The notes under the pieces: model-generated | Seen by the model: only the letters and a program-made list of their open reading frames with translations | What the model was told of the DNA's origin: nothing | Database searches by the model: none | Made by a program: the position numbers and the translations under genes | Source: Candidatus Delongbacteria bacterium | GTDB lineage: Bacteria; CAIWAD01 | NCBI GenBank assembly: GCA_963663545.1 | Contig: OY760505.1 | Coordinates: 3,072,001 to 3,136,000, forward strand | Direction of reading: 5' to 3' | Length of the DNA: 64,000 bases | Shown: positions 60,677 through 64,000 of the stretch, piece after piece | How the letters are laid out: each line of letters opens with the position of its first letter | Numbering within the stretch: position 1 is the first letter of the stretch

Positions 60677-61222
60677 ATGAACAGGGTGGCAGGAATTCTA
60701 CTTTGCATCACTACGTGCTTCGTACTACAAAGCGGGAGCGCCTGGGCGAAAAGCAATGAAGAAGCCACAGGCGACATGATTCAAGTGCTGATTCCGGCCA
60801 GCGGATACCTGAGCACCTGGTTGCTGCATGACAAGGAAGGACGGATTCAGTTCTACAAATCCTTCTTCACTAACGAGGCCGTGACCTATGCTTTGAAGTA
60901 CGCCATCAACAAGCCGCGTCAAGAGAACAACGGAGATTACTCCTTCCCGTCGGGACACACTTCCGCCTCCTTTCAGGGGGCCACATTCATTCACAAACGA
61001 TACGGTTGGAAGGTGGGAATTCCAGCTTATCTGGCAGCGGCCTACGTAGGCTGGAGCCGCGTCGAAGGAGAGTCGGACAAACATGATCTGGTGGATGTTT
61101 CTACGGGAGCGCTGATTGGCACGCTGAGCAGCTGGTACTTCACGACGACCTGGGAAGGCGTATGTATCACACCAGAAGTTGGCGATCACGCTTATGGAAT
61201 TGGCGTGCATATCAGCTGGTGA
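60677..61222 (+). CDS. PAP2-superfamily phosphatase
   Basis: KYAINKPR, SFPSGHT, SRV....HD..DV motifs; signal peptide. Confidence 0.88.
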   Translation: MNRVAGILLCITTCFVLQSGSAWAKSNEEATGDMIQVLIPASGYLSTWLLHDKEGRIQFYKSFFTNEAVTYALKYAINKPRQENNGDYSFPSGHTSASFQGATFIHKRYGWKVGIPAYLAAAYVGWSRVEGESDKHDLVDVSTGALIGTLSSWYFTTTWEGVCITPEVGDHAYGIGVHISW

Positions 61223-61542
61223 TTGAGTTGTAAGCAGCTTTTCCTTGTTACATGCTTCCCGTAGGTTTACCTTTGAGCCATTGATGCAGAGCACCTTGTA
61301 TCACAGCCTTCAACAGAGACATCAGCGTAGTTCCGGGAGGCTTCACGATTCGGATCGAAACATGGTGCCCCTTGTCCTCAGTCTGGCTCACATGACCCCG
61401 ACAGAAGCGGAGGAGTGTTACCTGCCAGGTGATACAATAGTATGAGTCCCAAAAATCAGGATGACCTCGCGATGGCCTTTCTAGGTAGTAAGCAGCAGTT
61501 TGCTACGGACGCTTACAGTGACCACAGGCTGCGAATGATCAA

Positions 61543-62439
61543 ATGAGTGTGTATCACGAGACAGATCATGGTGTAGCACGCAGCATCGAAGAAGGTGAGC
61601 GGGGGCTATGGCTCGCCTGTCCTCATCTACCGGGTGACGAAGGCTATGACGACTGGCTCGATTCTGAGAACCGTTTTGCCAAGCTCATTCCAACACATAA
61701 TCTGCTGCTGTTTGAAGATCAGAAATGCGCTCTCGGCAAGTTGGCCTTTGTGCACGAAGACGCTGGCTGCCTGGTCTTTCTGGCACCCGCCATTCATCAG
61801 AACGGTGACACAGAGCAGATTGCAGAGTCGCTGTTTCATGCCGCTGTTGAGGTAGCGAAAAGCAGAAGCGTATCACGATTGATCAGCGCCATTGACGGCG
61901 TGGATCACAGGGCACAGCTTCTTTCACAAGCACTTCTGGCTACGGGTTTTGTGTTACAAGAAGAGAAGCTGATCTACACACGCAGACTGGATCGGTCCCT
62001 GGAGAAACCGGACAGCGCCGGTTTTGAGTACGCCGCCTTCGATGAGGCAAAGGATGATGGTTTGGCACAGGCCTTGGACTTGTTCCGTGATACACATCAG
62101 CACGCTGCAGGAATCGATGAACTGAGAAAGGCGGCAACCGGACCCGGTCGTCATTGGCGGCTTGTGTATCACCAGGGGCGCTTCATCGGCCTTAGCCTGT
62201 TACGCATTCGTGATACAGATGCCAGCCTGGATCTGATCTCTCTGGTGCCGGAATCTCGCGGACGCGGATTGGGGAAGCGTGTTTTTGTCGCTGCTCTCGA
62301 CCATGCGCGTGAGCTGGGCGCACAGCGCTACCTGGGATCGACTCGTGTCGCCAATGCTCCCATGATCCGCGTCTTCGAGGGTTGTGGCTGCAAGCTGCTG
62401 ATGCAGCGCAAGGAGTTCGTTTTCCGGCTGCAGGGCTGA
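61543..62439 (+). CDS. GNAT-family N-acetyltransferase (two-domain)
   Basis: LVPESRGRGLGKR acetyl-CoA motif; NAPMIRVFEGCG. Confidence 0.8.
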   Translation: MSVYHETDHGVARSIEEGERGLWLACPHLPGDEGYDDWLDSENRFAKLIPTHNLLLFEDQKCALGKLAFVHEDAGCLVFLAPAIHQNGDTEQIAESLFHAAVEVAKSRSVSRLISAIDGVDHRAQLLSQALLATGFVLQEEKLIYTRRLDRSLEKPDSAGFEYAAFDEAKDDGLAQALDLFRDTHQHAAGIDELRKAATGPGRHWRLVYHQGRFIGLSLLRIRDTDASLDLISLVPESRGRGLGKRVFVAALDHARELGAQRYLGSTRVANAPMIRVFEGCGCKLLMQRKEFVFRLQG

Positions 62440-62760
62440 ACGTCGGCGTGTGCAGAACGCTGCGCCGGGTAAGGACCTGTCGTTGACGCGCCAGGCTTTG
62501 CTTCGAACACGATGCCTATCCGACACAAAGTGTCGGCAGCGATAGCGATTGAAACCCACTCCCGCATTTGCGAACAAAGCGCGTTTGTTTTTTGTCGCGA
62601 GAATCGGTGCTCCGGGGTAGGAGAAGCCCTTCGCCGCGCAAACACCCTACTCATATCCATCTCGATGGAGTACATTGGTGCTGCACACGGTGATCACGTA
62701 ACCCGGTGCGGTTCTGAGCCTGGACAGCGCACCAGGAAAGGGAGTCATTCAGGAGGAAGC

Positions 62761-64000
62761 ATGCTACGTGTTACAACAATGCTCGTCGGTGCCTTGTGGT
62801 TGGTCCAGTCCGCGATGGCCCTTGATGCATACGAGCACTATGTGCCCGGCGAGTTGACGGTCCGCTTTTTTGAGCATCCCGCAGTAGTTGAAGCCGACGG
62901 CGCCCTCAGTCTGGGTCTGCCGGGACTGGATCTGCTGAACCGCGAGCAGCCACTGCTCACGATCGAGCCCTTGTATCCGCATTACAAAATGCAGACCACG
63001 CCCGACCTGAGTCTGGACTATGTGCTGCATTTTGATGAGAGCACTGATCTGATCATACTTGCAGAGAAGTATGCGGCTACGGGGCTTGTGGAGTACGCTG
63101 AGCCCAACTGGCTGCTGCCCATGGAACGCATGCCCAACGATGAGAATACCGGCCTGCAATGGTATCTGGAGCGCATTGAGGCTTCGGAAGCCTGGGATAT
63201 TCTGCCCGAAACCCCCGATTATCCCGAGACCATTATTGCCATCATCGATAGCGGCGTGGACTGGAACCACCCCGACCTGATCCAGAATCTTTGGGTGAAT
63301 CCCGGCGAGGACCTGGACGGCGATGAGTTCGTGCCTTTCGGTTCCACGCCCGGCGATCCCGACGACATCAACAATGCCGACGATGACGATAACGGCTACA
63401 GCGACGACTTCTACGGCTACGATTTCGTCAATACCTGCAACGGTGCCCAAGGCGAAGACTGCTCCGGCGAGGACAACAATCCCATGGACTTCAACGGCCA
63501 TGGTACGCATTGCAGTGGTCTGGCGGCCGGTCGCACCAACAACGGTCTGGGAATGGCTAGCCCTTCCTGGAATGCACGCATCATGTGCCTGCGCGCTGGC
63601 TATGAAGATCCCGCGGGCGATGGTTTTGTGATCCAGAATGATGCAGCGCAAGGCATCTATTATGCCATGGCCAATGGCGCCAAGATCATCTCGATGAGTT
63701 TCGGCGGCTCCACCGTGTTGCGTACGCCAGCTACGGCAGCGTATGCGGCCGGCCTGCTCTGTTTGCACGCGGGCGGCAACGACGATGTTTCCACCTATGA
63801 TCAGCTTGACCTGGCCACGGGCATGGTGAGTGTCGCGGCAACAGATCAGAACGATTGCAAGGCCGAGTTCAGCCAGTTCGGTAACTGGGTCGATATCAGC
63901 GCACCCGGCGTCGCCATGTATGCCACCATTTTCAATGATGAGTATGAGTACCTGCAAGGTACATCAATGGCGTGCCCCTTGACCGCTTCGGTGGCGGCTC
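62761..64000 (+). CDS. Second S8 serine peptidase, truncated by the window end (absent from the ORF track)
   Basis: AGGAGG RBS; MLRVTTMLVGALWLVQSAMA signal; HYVPGELTVRF, IIDSGVDWNHPDL, GHGTHCSG, GTSMACP; colinear with the 57695 gene. Confidence 0.92.
   Translation, partial: MLRVTTMLVGALWLVQSAMALDAYEHYVPGELTVRFFEHPAVVEADGALSLGLPGLDLLNREQPLLTIEPLYPHYKMQTTPDLSLDYVLHFDESTDLIILAEKYAATGLVEYAEPNWLLPMERMPNDENTGLQWYLERIEASEAWDILPETPDYPETIIAIIDSGVDWNHPDLIQNLWVNPGEDLDGDEFVPFGSTPGDPDDINNADDDDNGYSDDFYGYDFVNTCNGAQGEDCSGEDNNPMDFNGHGTHCSGLAAGRTNNGLGMASPSWNARIMCLRAGYEDPAGDGFVIQNDAAQGIYYAMANGAKIISMSFGGSTVLRTPATAAYAAGLLCLHAGGNDDVSTYDQLDLATGMVSVAATDQNDCKAEFSQFGNWVDISAPGVAMYATIFNDEYEYLQGTSMACPLTASVAA

Overview
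Core-chromosome segment of a GC-rich bacterium, probably in the FCB group (inferred from secreted proteins ending in PNPFNP-type C-terminal domains). It contains: the rarA 3' end with rlmH and thyX; an unusual dcw cluster (mraZ, a STAS-like gene, rsmH, ftsL, ftsI, murF, ftsW, murB, ftsQ, two tandem ftsA genes, ftsZ); a hairpin repeat array and tRNA-Arg; the rimP-nusA-L7Ae-infB-rbfA-truB-ribF-rpsO-pnp block; a sigma54-linked NifX/DUF89/DUF5320/Fe-S ATPase cluster; dut, a deacetylase, merR and tRNA-Pro; a SpeD-like/agmatinase/deoxyhypusine-synthase-like polyamine trio; an MBOAT/SGNH pair; a COG2403 enzyme; two lamin-tail/OB-fold secreted proteins; a GT-C/TPR protein; and two S8 proteases. No CRISPR array, transposase or phage gene was seen. 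The strongest unexplained signal is a quasi-palindromic motif (TGTATCAC/GTGATACA; family YGTRWYACR). My by-eye tally is about 64 copies on both strands against roughly 1-2 expected. It occurs inside genes in all frames and as inverted pairs forming intergenic hairpins, which resembles DNA-uptake sequences or HIP1. Other notable items are the tandem divergent FtsA pair and a family of fixed-length GACGAAG...CTTCGTC palindromes. All calls come from reading the sequence; no searches were run.
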